The notes under the pieces are model-generated. The model worked only from the letters and a program-made list of their open reading frames with translations. It did not search any database and was not told the origin of the DNA. This document shows positions 49,957 to 59,461 of a stretch of 64,000 nucleotides of DNA, piece by piece. The stretch covers positions 32,001 through 96,000 of the forward strand of contig CBDCKN010000013.1 of NCBI GenBank assembly GCA_965218295.1, written 5' to 3'. The translations under genes and the position numbers were made by a program. Numbering within the stretch: position 1 is the stretch's first letter; every line of letters starts with the position of its first letter. The stretch is from Longimicrobiales bacterium (lineage in GTDB: Bacteria; Gemmatimonadota; Gemmatimonadetes; Longimicrobiales; Gaopeijiaceae).

Positions 49957-51776
49957 TCGGTGTTGCCCTCCGCTTCGACGGGTCGCCCGGGCGACCCTGC
50001 ACTCATCTGAAGCCCGAGATCGGTCAGATCCGCGGCCGTCAACGGGGTGGGAGCGCCCTCGAAGAGCGCACGGGCCGCCGTGGTCTTGGGAAACGCGATC
50101 ACGTCCCTGATACTGTTCGCGCCTACGAACTGGGCGACGATCCGATCCATCCCGAAGGCCACTCCACCGTGCGGTGGGGCGCCGGAAGCGAGGGCTCCCA
50201 ACAGGAACCCGAACTTACGGTCGATCTCTTCGTCCTCCAGGCCCAGAATCCTCAGAATCCGACGTTGGATGTCCGGATCGTGGTTCCGGATGCTCCCCGA
50301 ACCGAACTCCACTCCGTTGTACACCAGATCGTACGCCAGACCTCGTGCTGACATCGGCTCCGAGTCGAGGAGCTGGACGTCCTCCGGATGCGGCATGACG
50401 AACGGATGATGATTCGCTGCGGGCTCGCCCTCCGGGCCCGGCTCGAAGATCGGGAAGTCCACGACCCAGAGCCACGCGTGCTCCCGCTCCTTCTCGATGC
50501 CGAGAGCCTCGATGGCAGCCGTCCTTGTAGCGGACAGGGCAGACGACGTGACGCCATCGTCTCCGGTGGCGACCAGCACCAGGTCGCCCGGCGCCATTCC
50601 CAGCGACTGGAAGGCGGCCTCGTCCATGAACCGGGACAAGGAGCCCGAGCCCCCGTCCTCGCCCAGCTTGGCCCAGAGGAGGCCCGGTGCACCTGCAGCT
50701 TTGGCGTGCGACTCGATGGCCTCCACCTGCTTCCTGGACAGACGCGCCCCTCCCTTCAGGAGCAGCCCACGGATGCGCCCCCCGCCTTCCACAGCGGCGT
50801 TGAGTATGGCTGAGTCACCTCCGCTCAGGAGGTCAGTGCAGTCCTGGATCTCGAGGGAGTAGCGGAGATCCGGCCGGTCCGTACCGAAGCGCTCGAGCGC
50901 GTCCTGATAAGTCATCCGCGGGAAGGGCGTGTCCGCCTCCACACCGGGCACCTCGGCCGCCAGCACGGTCATCAGTCCCTCCATCCACCCAAGGATGTCG
51001 TCGGGCTCCACGAAGGATGCCTCGACGTCGATCTGGGTGAACTCAGGTTGCCGGTCCGCCCTGGGATCTTCGTCACGGAAGCAGCGGGCGATCTGGAAGT
51101 AGCGATCGAACCCGGCGGCCATGCAGATCTGCTTATAAATCTGGGGGCTCTGTGGAAGGGCGTAGAACTCTCCTTGGTGCACGCGGCTGGGTACCAGATA
51201 GTCCCTGGCCCCCTCTGGCGTCGGCTTGGTGAGGATGGGGGTCTCCACCTCTACGAAGCCCAGAGCGTCCATATGGTTCCGGCACGCCAGTATCAGGCGA
51301 TGCCTGAGCCGGATGTTGCTCTGGAGCTCGTCGCGGCGAAGATCGAGGACCCGGTGCCTCAGGCGGAGCTCCTCCGAGGGCAACTCGTCCTCTGGCGCCC
51401 GGTACACGGGAATCGCCGGGACGTCGGCGTCGGTGAGTCGGCGAAGAGCCGTGGCCCTGATCTCCACGTCTCCCGTGTCGATCTGGGGATTCCGCGCTTC
51501 GACCGGACGGGCGACCACGGGACCCACCACCGCCACCACATCCTCCGCACCGAGCTGATGGGCCAACTCCAGGGATGACGCCTCCGTCCAATCGGGTCCG
51601 AAAGAGACCTGGATGAGTCCGCTGTGATCACGGAGATCCAGGAAGACCAATCCGCCCAGGTCCCGGCGGCGATGGACCCAGCCCGCCAGCTTCAGCTCGG
51701 CACCCTCATCGCCGGCGCGAATTCCACCGACCATGCGGGAACGGAGCGCGGTTCGCTCGATATCGATGTCCGTCAT
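49953..51776 (-). CDS. aspS: Aspartate--tRNA ligase
   Basis: GWV.RRRDLGG, TPEGARDYLVPSR, LPQSPQ, FRDED.RADRQPEFTQ.D, PPHGG.AFG.DR, IRDVIAFPKT. Confidence 0.97.
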   Translation of the reverse strand: MTDIDIERTALRSRMVGGIRAGDEGAELKLAGWVHRRRDLGGLVFLDLRDHSGLIQVSFGPDWTEASSLELAHQLGAEDVVAVVGPVVARPVEARNPQIDTGDVEIRATALRRLTDADVPAIPVYRAPEDELPSEELRLRHRVLDLRRDELQSNIRLRHRLILACRNHMDALGFVEVETPILTKPTPEGARDYLVPSRVHQGEFYALPQSPQIYKQICMAAGFDRYFQIARCFRDEDPRADRQPEFTQIDVEASFVEPDDILGWMEGLMTVLAAEVPGVEADTPFPRMTYQDALERFGTDRPDLRYSLEIQDCTDLLSGGDSAILNAAVEGGGRIRGLLLKGGARLSRKQVEAIESHAKAAGAPGLLWAKLGEDGGSGSLSRFMDEAAFQSLGMAPGDLVLVATGDDGVTSSALSATRTAAIEALGIEKEREHAWLWVVDFPIFEPGPEGEPAANHHPFVMPHPEDVQLLDSEPMSARGLAYDLVYNGVEFGSGSIRNHDPDIQRRILRILGLEDEEIDRKFGFLLGALASGAPPHGGVAFGMDRIVAQFVGANSIRDVIAFPKTTAARALFEGAPTPLTAADLTDLGLQMSAGSPGRPVEAEGNTE

Positions 51777-52180
51777 GACTGTGTCGTCGACGATGCTCTT
51801 GTTCCTTCGTCGGGCGCCCCCCCGCTCCCGCGGGAGTAATGTCCGAATCTGGCAAAGAGGCCGTAGCCGGCCAGCACTCCAACAGCGTTCGCAAAGCCAT
51901 CCAGGAAGTCCACCTCCCTGCCCGGCACGAACGTCTGGTACCATTCGTTCAGCGCGCCGTATCCCACGCCCACGAGGATCACGAGGACGACCGGCACTTC
52001 CGACGCTGTCCTCATCCTTCCCCACGCAAGGGACAGGCCGAAAATCAGATAGGCGCCCCCGTGGGCCAGCTTGTCCGCTCCGGAGTGCAGGCTGATACCT
52101 GGGGAGTCCCACGCGCTAAACAAAAAGAGGACCGCCGCCCAAAGGGCGGCAGGCCCCCAACCAATGATCTTCTCGATCAT
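51773..52180 (-). CDS. VanZ family membrane protein
   Basis: DKLAH...Y, YGAL.E..Q.FVPGR....D..AN..G. Confidence 0.85.
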   Translation of the reverse strand: MIEKIIGWGPAALWAAVLFLFSAWDSPGISLHSGADKLAHGGAYLIFGLSLAWGRMRTASEVPVVLVILVGVGYGALNEWYQTFVPGREVDFLDGFANAVGVLAGYGLFARFGHYSRGSGGAPDEGTRASSTTQS

Positions 52181-52397
52181 GGATTGTTCGGCGATCGGAA
52201 CAGCGCCCTGTCCTCCTCTCATCAGAAGGCTGCAAGCCTTCTCGTATTTGAATCGAAAGAAGTCTAACCCGGGCACCTGGGCGATACAAGAAAATCTAGA
52301 GGCCTCTAGTCCCGCGGCCCGTCCCGTTATCTTCTCCTTTGATGCGGCGGAGCCACGGCCCCGTGCACGTCGCACGGCGTGCCATCCGACAAAAACC

Positions 52398-53537
52398 ATG
52401 CGCACTGACAAGACCGACCTTCTCGGCCTCACACCCCATGATCTCGAGGTGGTCCTCGAGGCCCATTTCGGCTCCCGCGGCCAGCCGGGGTACCGAGTGG
52501 AGCAGGTGAGGCACTGGATCTTCGAGGAGTGCGTCGAGAGCATCGAGGGCATGACCAATTTGCCAGCGGAGGAGCGTACCGCCCTCGCGTCGACGTTCGT
52601 CCTGGGCGAGGCCGTGGCGGAAACCATCTCCCGCTCCACCGACGGTACGGTCAAACACCTCTGGAAGCTCGCAGACGGGGAGTTCGTGGAATCGGTTCTG
52701 ATCCCCGCCACCGATCGGCTGACCCTCTGCATCTCGTCGCAGGCCGGCTGCGCGATGGGATGCACCTTCTGTGCCACCGGGTGGGCCGGATTCCGACGCC
52801 AGCTGACCGCCGGTGAGATCGTCTCCCAGTACAGGGCGTCCCGCAGGTGGGCCCTGGAGAACGACTACGGCCGGATATCGAACGTCGTCTACATGGGGAT
52901 GGGCGAGCCCTTGAGCAACAGGAAGGCCCTCCACCCCTCCTTGACGATCCTCAACCAGGGGTATGGCCTGGGCGCCCGCCGCATCACGGTGTCAACCGTC
53001 GGTGTCGTGCCCGGGATCCTCGAGCTCGCCGAGCGGCAAGAGCAGTTTCGCCTGGCCGTCTCCCTCCACTCTCCGGAGTCGGAGTTACGCCGGGAGCTCA
53101 TCCCGCTGGAGGGGCGGCACCCTCTGCCGGAGTTGATCGGGGCGCTCCGCCGCTTCGACGAAGCCGGAGGGCGCCGGATCACCTTTGAATACGTCATGAT
53201 TCGAGGGGTGAACGACGCCCCGGCCCTCGCTCCGAAGCTCGCCGAGCTCGCGTCTTCACTCGATGCCTTCGTGAACCTCATCCCCTTCAACCCAATCCCC
53301 TACCAGGATTGGAAGGCGAGCACCGGCCAGCGGATCGAGGAGTTCCGGTCGGTTCTCGAGGAGCGGGGGGTGGCCGTAGCCGTTCGGGTGCCGAGGGGGC
53401 GCGACATCGACGCTGCGTGTGGGCAGTTGCGTGCGAGCGCCCTGGTGGAGCTTCAGACGGGGAAGTCCACCTCAACGAATGCGGGAGAGGATTCGGCTCC
53501 CCCGGACCTCTCGAATCCAGGGGAACGGTCTCAATGA
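52398..53537 (+). CDS. rlmN: Dual-specificity RNA methyltransferase RlmN (radical SAM)
   Basis: CISSQAGCAMGCTFCATG, MGMGEP, VSTVG, SLH, NLIPFN, DIDAACGQL. Confidence 0.96.
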   Translation: MRTDKTDLLGLTPHDLEVVLEAHFGSRGQPGYRVEQVRHWIFEECVESIEGMTNLPAEERTALASTFVLGEAVAETISRSTDGTVKHLWKLADGEFVESVLIPATDRLTLCISSQAGCAMGCTFCATGWAGFRRQLTAGEIVSQYRASRRWALENDYGRISNVVYMGMGEPLSNRKALHPSLTILNQGYGLGARRITVSTVGVVPGILELAERQEQFRLAVSLHSPESELRRELIPLEGRHPLPELIGALRRFDEAGGRRITFEYVMIRGVNDAPALAPKLAELASSLDAFVNLIPFNPIPYQDWKASTGQRIEEFRSVLEERGVAVAVRVPRGRDIDAACGQLRASALVELQTGKSTSTNAGEDSAPPDLSNPGERSQ

Positions 53538-54242
53538 GCCTTTGTTGTACGAGAAGTAGATGAACGAAGCCCGCCCCTCGAGACGCCACCCCTCCAGAAG
53601 GCCCCAGTACCGCGAGTCGAGGCTGGTGTCGCGATTGTCCCCCAGCGTGAAGTAGCGATCCTCCGGAATCACCAGCGGGCCCCAGTTGTCGCGGGTCGGG
53701 CGATATGTGGGGCGGTCCACGGTGTCCACAAGGTACTGTGCCTGCCAGGCCATCCACGGATGGGGGAGGTCGCCCTCGGGGTCCACGTGCTTCACGTAGG
53801 GCTCGTCCTGCGCCTCGCCGTTGATCGTCAGCTCGCCCTCACGCATCTCGACCGTATCACCCGGCATGCCGATGAGCCGCTTGACGAGCTTGAGATCGGG
53901 CTCGTGCGGTGGATCGAAGACGATGACGTCACCCCTCCGCACTGCCGAGTATCCGGGAATGTGCATCCGGGTCCCCGGAATCCGTGCACCGATGGCCGCC
54001 CGATTCGCAAGGAGGAAGTCCCCGACCAGCAGGGCGCCCTCCATGGATCCCGAGGTGATGACAAAGGTCTGGAGAAGAAAGGTCCTGATCAGGATGAAGA
54101 GCACAAAAGCGATGAGCAGCGACTTGGTCCATTCGACGACGGCGTTCTCCTTCGCGTCGCCCTTGTCCGACTTGGCGGGATCGGGGCTTTCGCCTCCTGA
54201 ACGTGTCCTGCTGTCGCTCTCGCACCGGCTCTTCTTGGCCAT
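53472..54242 (-). CDS. lepB: Signal peptidase I
   Basis: SGSM, GDFLL, LVKRLIG.PGD, GDNRD.S.DSRYWG. Confidence 0.95.
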   Translation of the reverse strand: MAKKSRCESDSRTRSGGESPDPAKSDKGDAKENAVVEWTKSLLIAFVLFILIRTFLLQTFVITSGSMEGALLVGDFLLANRAAIGARIPGTRMHIPGYSAVRRGDVIVFDPPHEPDLKLVKRLIGMPGDTVEMREGELTINGEAQDEPYVKHVDPEGDLPHPWMAWQAQYLVDTVDRPTYRPTRDNWGPLVIPEDRYFTLGDNRDTSLDSRYWGLLEGWRLEGRASFIYFSYNKGSLRPFPWIREVRGSRILSRIR

Positions 54243-54263
54243 ACTAGCCGATCAGCCCCTCGA

Positions 54264-54755
54264 TCAGCGGAGATGCTTGCGAAGGTCCCACCACGGGACC
54301 TCGTCGCCGGGAGCGTCCTCGCTCTCCGGGATCTCCGGTGTCCAGTCCCTGCCAAGCAATACGGTCACGTCGAGATAAAGGTTCGAATCCGGCTCGCTCA
54401 GGATCGATGTCGCCCCCAGCGCCGCGCCCACCGCCCGAGCCGCTTCGAACCGGCCCGATCGGTCCAGCACCATCGTGGAGTCCTTGCCGAAGGCCTCGGC
54501 GTTTCCGAAATAGACCACATCGAAGCCCTGATCCCGGAGATGATCGGTGGCCAGGCGGGCCTTGCCGGCCTCGCCACCCGCGTTGAGGACCTCCACCCGA
54601 ATGCGTCCCATCGTGTTCGTCGTCGGATTCCGTGGTGGGGCCACGGACCGCTCCTGCTCGGGGAGCGGCTTCCACTGGGATATGGCCGAACCGATGAAGA
54701 CCCCCGTCGCGAGGACGACGCCCAGGAGCATCAGACCTCGGACGCGCTCGCCCAT
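54264..54755 (-). CDS. LytR C-terminal domain protein
   Basis: TM, then RVEVLNAGG.AG.A, GFDVVYFGNA, DVTVLLGRD. Confidence 0.85.
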   Translation of the reverse strand: MGERVRGLMLLGVVLATGVFIGSAISQWKPLPEQERSVAPPRNPTTNTMGRIRVEVLNAGGEAGKARLATDHLRDQGFDVVYFGNAEAFGKDSTMVLDRSGRFEAARAVGAALGATSILSEPDSNLYLDVTVLLGRDWTPEIPESEDAPGDEVPWWDLRKHLR

Positions 54756-55345
54756 GCCTGCCCTTTCACCATGACGTTCCAGAAGCCCATCGTTTCAGGT
54801 CGAACCGGTCTTTCTCTGTCCATGAGGTTCCGGAGGCGTAGCCTGAGGATCGCCCGAACGACGTTGTCCAGATCCTCCGGCATGCGCTTCCTCATCTCCC
54901 GACGCCACTTCAGACGGAGCTTCCTGCCCGGCTCCAAGAAGTCTGCGGCGTAGAGCGCCCTGCCCAGGTCCTCGAACTGGGGACTGCCCAGGGTATGGAA
55001 TGCCACAGCCGTCAGGAGGGGCTCGTCCGTCACCCCTCCCTCGCGAAGCCTTGCCGCCGCGGCAGGTCCATGGAGAAGGGCGTCGGGCAGATCGGCCAGG
55101 GGCCCGGATACCAACCGACGGAGCTCCTTGGGCTTCGCGTCTCGCATCATGTCATGAAGATAACCCAGAGCCGTCCAGCGCTGGATATCACGGGGCGACT
55201 CGCTACGAGCCTTGCTCCACTTCTTCAGGAGCTTGGCCACCCGGGCCATGTGCTCCCGCCGGTTCGTCCCTGCGACGGCCCACTTCGGCAGCTCTCCATC
55301 AGCAGCCGCCGCTACCCAGGGGTGGAGCTTCGAGCCTCCGCTCAT
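54731..55345 (-). CDS. HD domain hydrolase, YqeK/Ap4A hydrolase-like
   Basis: H..RVA, LHD, LLHGPAAA, HTLG, ADFLEPGR. Confidence 0.82.
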   Translation of the reverse strand: MSGGSKLHPWVAAAADGELPKWAVAGTNRREHMARVAKLLKKWSKARSESPRDIQRWTALGYLHDMMRDAKPKELRRLVSGPLADLPDALLHGPAAAARLREGGVTDEPLLTAVAFHTLGSPQFEDLGRALYAADFLEPGRKLRLKWRREMRKRMPEDLDNVVRAILRLRLRNLMDRERPVRPETMGFWNVMVKGQAWASASEV

Positions 55346-55501
55346 ACCGCCGTGCGGGCTTGATACGGAACGCTTTCGCAGGACACGAAAAGTATGCGCT
55401 CATCCTGGATCGGGAGGCTCGTCCGAAGGCTGTCGGCGGCAACCTAGTGGTGCGTCCGGGAATCGGCTAGGCCCTCTCCCCATACCTGCTATCTTCACGC
55501 C

Positions 55502-57175
55502 ATGACCATGCGATGGGACCCGGTCCTCACGGCTGCGGTGGCGCGGGAGTTGGGCGACGCGCTCTCCGGTGAGCGGCTCAAGGCGATCTTCGTCGACCGC
55601 GGCGCCGGCACTCTCCACGCGTATTTTCGGCAGACCACCCTTCTCGCGGATGTCAACCCGTCACGAGTCGGCCTCGAAATACTGGCCGCAGCCGAGCCTC
55701 CCGATGGGGCCAGGACTTTTCCGTGCCGCCTCTCCACGGTGCAGTCGCTCGCCGATGAGCGTATCCTCGTGCTCGCTCTGCCGAGGGTGCGGGGGCGCGG
55801 AGGAGTCGTCAGGATCGTTCTGGAGCTGGTGCCGAACCGGGGGAACGCCACGGTCGTGGAGGGTGACGCGTGGACCGTCAGACACGTTCTGACCAACCGG
55901 CGCGGGGCCCGGGCGCCCCAGGTTGGGCGGACCTACCCCATGCCCGACTCGACCCGCCGGGGATTGGAAAGACCCTTGAGCCTCGACGAGTGGCTCGATC
56001 TGCTGGGGCCCCAAGAGCCGGAGGCGCGCCGGGCTGTGCTCCTCCGCAACGTGGCGCTCACGTCCCCCATCAACGCTCCAGCCCTTCTCGGGAAGACCGT
56101 GGGAGACGGCGACGGCGCTGACGAGGCCAAGCTCGCGTCGGGTCACGAGCTCTGGATGCGCCTCCGGGAGATCGCGCTCGGGCCGTCCCCACCCGAGGTC
56201 GGTGGCGAGGCACACGTGACGGAATGTCCATGGGGACCGCAGCCGTACCCCCTCTGCCTCCCCGGATACCCATGCCAGGTATCGCCGTCCCTGTTAGACG
56301 CAATTCGTGAAGTCAGAAGCACCGCGGGCACCACGCCTGGTCTGATTCCGTCCGGGCTGACCGGGGCACTGGAGGACGCCCTCTCCCTCGCGCGCAAACG
56401 GACCCGCAAGCTCCGGCGAGAGCTCGAGAGCACGCCCGAGCCCGAAGTGCTCAGGGTGAAGGGCGACCTGATCCTGGCCCATCTCCAACGGGTGCCAAAG
56501 GGAGCCTCCGAGGTGGCGCTCCCCGGCTTCGACGGCGAGGAGATGCCGATCATCCTGGATCCGGCCCTCCCCCCACAGAGGAACGCGGCCCGGTACTACG
56601 ACCGGGCCGGGCGGGCCCAGCGGGCGAGAGGGCAGCTTCCCGACCTGATCCGCGAGGGCGAGGAGAGGGAGGCGACCTTGGCGGAGCTCATGGATCGAGT
56701 GGAGGCCAGAGAGGCTACCGCAGAAGAGATCCGTAACGTTCTGTCGGAGAGAGAGCTACGGGCTCGGACACCCCAGGGAGGGGCCGTCCCCGCCCTTCCC
56801 TACCGCGTCTACCGGACGTCGGGAGGGTTGGAAGTCCGAGTCGGACGGGGATCGGCCTCCAACGACGATCTGACCTTCCGGCACTCCAGGCCCGACGACA
56901 TCTGGCTCCACGCCCGCGACTCGGCCGGAGCTCACGTCATTCTGAGATGGGACGGAAAAGGCGCGCCGCCTGCCCGTGATCTTCACGAGGCGGCGGTGCT
57001 GGCGGCGGTGAATTCGAGGGCCAGGACCTCGGGAAGCGTACCGGTGGATTGGACGCACCGGAAGCACGTCCGAAAGCCCAGGAAGTCTCCGCCGGGGACG
57101 GTGGTCCCGGACCGCGTGAAGACCCTCTTCGTGGAGCCGGACCTGACGCTTCCCGACCGGCTGAGGGAAGGGTAG
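55502..57175 (+). CDS. rqcH: Ribosome quality control protein RqcH (NFACT/Rqc2 family)
   Basis: NFACT-N start, coiled coil, I.LDP....NA.RYY, GR....ND.LTF, D.WLHA....GAHV, VPVDWT.RK.V.KP. Confidence 0.88.
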   Translation: MTMRWDPVLTAAVARELGDALSGERLKAIFVDRGAGTLHAYFRQTTLLADVNPSRVGLEILAAAEPPDGARTFPCRLSTVQSLADERILVLALPRVRGRGGVVRIVLELVPNRGNATVVEGDAWTVRHVLTNRRGARAPQVGRTYPMPDSTRRGLERPLSLDEWLDLLGPQEPEARRAVLLRNVALTSPINAPALLGKTVGDGDGADEAKLASGHELWMRLREIALGPSPPEVGGEAHVTECPWGPQPYPLCLPGYPCQVSPSLLDAIREVRSTAGTTPGLIPSGLTGALEDALSLARKRTRKLRRELESTPEPEVLRVKGDLILAHLQRVPKGASEVALPGFDGEEMPIILDPALPPQRNAARYYDRAGRAQRARGQLPDLIREGEEREATLAELMDRVEAREATAEEIRNVLSERELRARTPQGGAVPALPYRVYRTSGGLEVRVGRGSASNDDLTFRHSRPDDIWLHARDSAGAHVILRWDGKGAPPARDLHEAAVLAAVNSRARTSGSVPVDWTHRKHVRKPRKSPPGTVVPDRVKTLFVEPDLTLPDRLREG

Positions 57176-57214
57176 CCTCGCCAACCGGCTCGGGCAGGGG
57201 CTTCTCTGGGCGGC

Positions 57215-58027
57215 TCAGGGAGTGGCTTCGGAGCCCGCGTCCATGGCCGTGCGAAGCGACGCCAGGAAGGTGCTGGCCTCGGCGGGCCCCCCCCGGTCCA
57301 GCGCCTTGATCAGGGCGCTCCCCACCACGACGCCGTCTGCCACACCGGCCACCAGCGCCGCCTGCTCTGGCGTGGAGATACCGAAGCCCACAGCCACGGG
57401 CAGGTCCACCTCACGCCGGAGGCTTCGAACCTCGGCGGCCAGGCCCTCGCTCAAGGTCTCTCGGGCGCCCGTCACCCCGGTCCGGGAGATGTAGTAGAGG
57501 AACCCCTGGCCGCTCTCGGCCACCTCGGGAATGCGGTCGGGCTCGGTGGTGGGGGCGATGAGCCGGATCAGGTCCAGCGGCGAGTCGAGAATGGCCTCTT
57601 CCACCACGGGATCGGCACCCGTGGGCACGTCCGTGAGGAGGATCCCCTGTGCCCCCGCCTCCACCGCATCCTCGAGGAAGGATTCCAGGCCGTACTGGAG
57701 TAGCGGGTTCACGTAGCTGAAGAGCACGACGGGCGCGTCGGAGACACTCCGGAATGCAGTGAGGACCTCGAGGGCTCCCGCCACGGTCATGCCCCCCTCG
57801 AGAGCCTTGTGGGTGGACTCCTGGATGGTGGGCCCATCTGCCAGGGGGTCGCTGAAGGGGATTCCCAGCTCCAAAAGGTCCCCGCCGGCCTCGGCGATGG
57901 CCGAAAGCACTTCCACACTGGCCTCGGACGAGGGGAAGCCGCACGTCACGTACGGCACCAGAACGCTTCGCCCTTCGCCCTGCCGCTCTTCGAACCGCTG
58001 TGAGATCCCCACCCCTCCCGGGCTCAA
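57215..58027 (-). CDS. trpA: Tryptophan synthase alpha chain
   Basis: ELGIPFSDPLADGPTIQ, LIAPTT, YYISRTGVTG, GFGIS, ADGVVVGSA. Confidence 0.96.
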   Translation of the reverse strand: MSPGGVGISQRFEERQGEGRSVLVPYVTCGFPSSEASVEVLSAIAEAGGDLLELGIPFSDPLADGPTIQESTHKALEGGMTVAGALEVLTAFRSVSDAPVVLFSYVNPLLQYGLESFLEDAVEAGAQGILLTDVPTGADPVVEEAILDSPLDLIRLIAPTTEPDRIPEVAESGQGFLYYISRTGVTGARETLSEGLAAEVRSLRREVDLPVAVGFGISTPEQAALVAGVADGVVVGSALIKALDRGGPAEASTFLASLRTAMDAGSEATP

Positions 58028-58051
58028 AGACCTCGCCCCGGAGTCTGACGA

Positions 58052-59461
58052 TCACATGATATAGTCGCTGACACGGATCCCGTACTTCTGGGGGTTGGTG
58101 GTCTTGATGATGACACGGCCATCGAGCGAGAGATCCACCTGCAGGGGCTCGGTGAGCGGGATCCCCATCCCGTCGGAGATGATCTTCACCATGGGCTGGT
58201 GGAGGTGGGCGACGTCGGGGTTGGTCTTGGAGACGACCGCCAGCTCCAAGGTGTCGAGGATGACGAGGGTGCCCACCGGATAAACCCCGGTGGCGTTGAT
58301 GAACGTCTTCACGATCAGCTGATCGAAGCCGCGACGGGGGTTGTCCCGCATCTCCTTGAGGACCTCGTCAGGCGGCCAGGGCTCGTACTGGTAGCTCCGC
58401 ACCGACGTCCCGGCGTCGAACCCATCGGCCACGGCCACGATGCGCGAGAAGAGGCCCGGGTTCCGAGGGCGTGTATTCTCGGGGTATCCGCTCAGGTCGA
58501 TCTTCATGTGATGCTCGTAGGCCATAAGCATCTGGCGGTACGGAATGTCGGCGAAGCCGTGCATCTCGAAGAGGAGGATGAGCCCCTCCGTGGGATGCTG
58601 CTTCATAGCCTCCCACTCTTCGTCGGTGAGCCCGCCGGCTTTGTTGATGACCTCGCTGTCGACGGCCATCTTGCCGATGTCGTGGAAGAGCGCGCCGAGG
58701 CCGAGCTCATAGAGCTGTGTCTTGCTGAGGCCCAGCCGCTCCCCGATGACCACGCTGAAAATGCAGACGTTCACCGAGTGGGTGAACGTGTACTCGTCGA
58801 AGCCACGCAGGGTCGTCATGGTCACCATGGACGACTCGTTGTCCAGCACCTGATCCACGATTCCCTGCACCGCCCGTTTGACCTTCCGGACGTTTACGGC
58901 CTTGCCGAGGCGCATGTCGGTAAGCACGTCCTTGGCGACCTTGACCGACTGGGCATACGTGCCCTTGGCAGCCGCTATGGCGTCTCGCTCCAGCAGCTCC
59001 GGCTCGAGGGTCCCCGACTCGGACCGAACCTCAATGTGCTTCGCGGGCGTCTGCGACAGGCGCTCGACGAACGCCTCGAAGGGCTCTTCTTCCTTGGGAT
59101 CCCGGAGGAGAACGGAGATGAAGGGCGCCCACTCGGAGCGCTCCACGTTGGCGTCGATGGCAACCTCGCCGATGCCATGCCCGGTCAGGGCCGACGAGAA
59201 GCTCCCGAAGGTGGCGAAGTTCGAGAGGTCGAGTCGGAGCCTCGTCTCGTTCATGAAGAAGAAGTCACCCACCAGATGGAGCTCGAGTCCGCCCTCGTGC
59301 TTGAAGAACTCGTTCATCTGCCCGTGGAGGTCGTCGATGGCCTGCTGGACCCGGGTATTCTCCAACGGATAGAGCTTCAGGGACCGGAGAACCACGTAAA
59401 ACGCCGTAAGGAGCCGGCTTCCGAGCTCCTGGACGATTCCGGCATCGTCGAGGGGGCTCAC
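58052..59461 (-). CDS. HD-GYP domain protein (putative cyclic dinucleotide phosphodiesterase)
   Basis: DEYTFTHSVNV, HDIGK, HP..G, EHH...SGYP, VAD.FDA. Confidence 0.9.
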   Translation of the reverse strand: MSPLDDAGIVQELGSRLLTAFYVVLRSLKLYPLENTRVQQAIDDLHGQMNEFFKHEGGLELHLVGDFFFMNETRLRLDLSNFATFGSFSSALTGHGIGEVAIDANVERSEWAPFISVLLRDPKEEEPFEAFVERLSQTPAKHIEVRSESGTLEPELLERDAIAAAKGTYAQSVKVAKDVLTDMRLGKAVNVRKVKRAVQGIVDQVLDNESSMVTMTTLRGFDEYTFTHSVNVCIFSVVIGERLGLSKTQLYELGLGALFHDIGKMAVDSEVINKAGGLTDEEWEAMKQHPTEGLILLFEMHGFADIPYRQMLMAYEHHMKIDLSGYPENTRPRNPGLFSRIVAVADGFDAGTSVRSYQYEPWPPDEVLKEMRDNPRRGFDQLIVKTFINATGVYPVGTLVILDTLELAVVSKTNPDVAHLHQPMVKIISDGMGIPLTEPLQVDLSLDGRVIIKTTNPQKYGIRVSDYIM

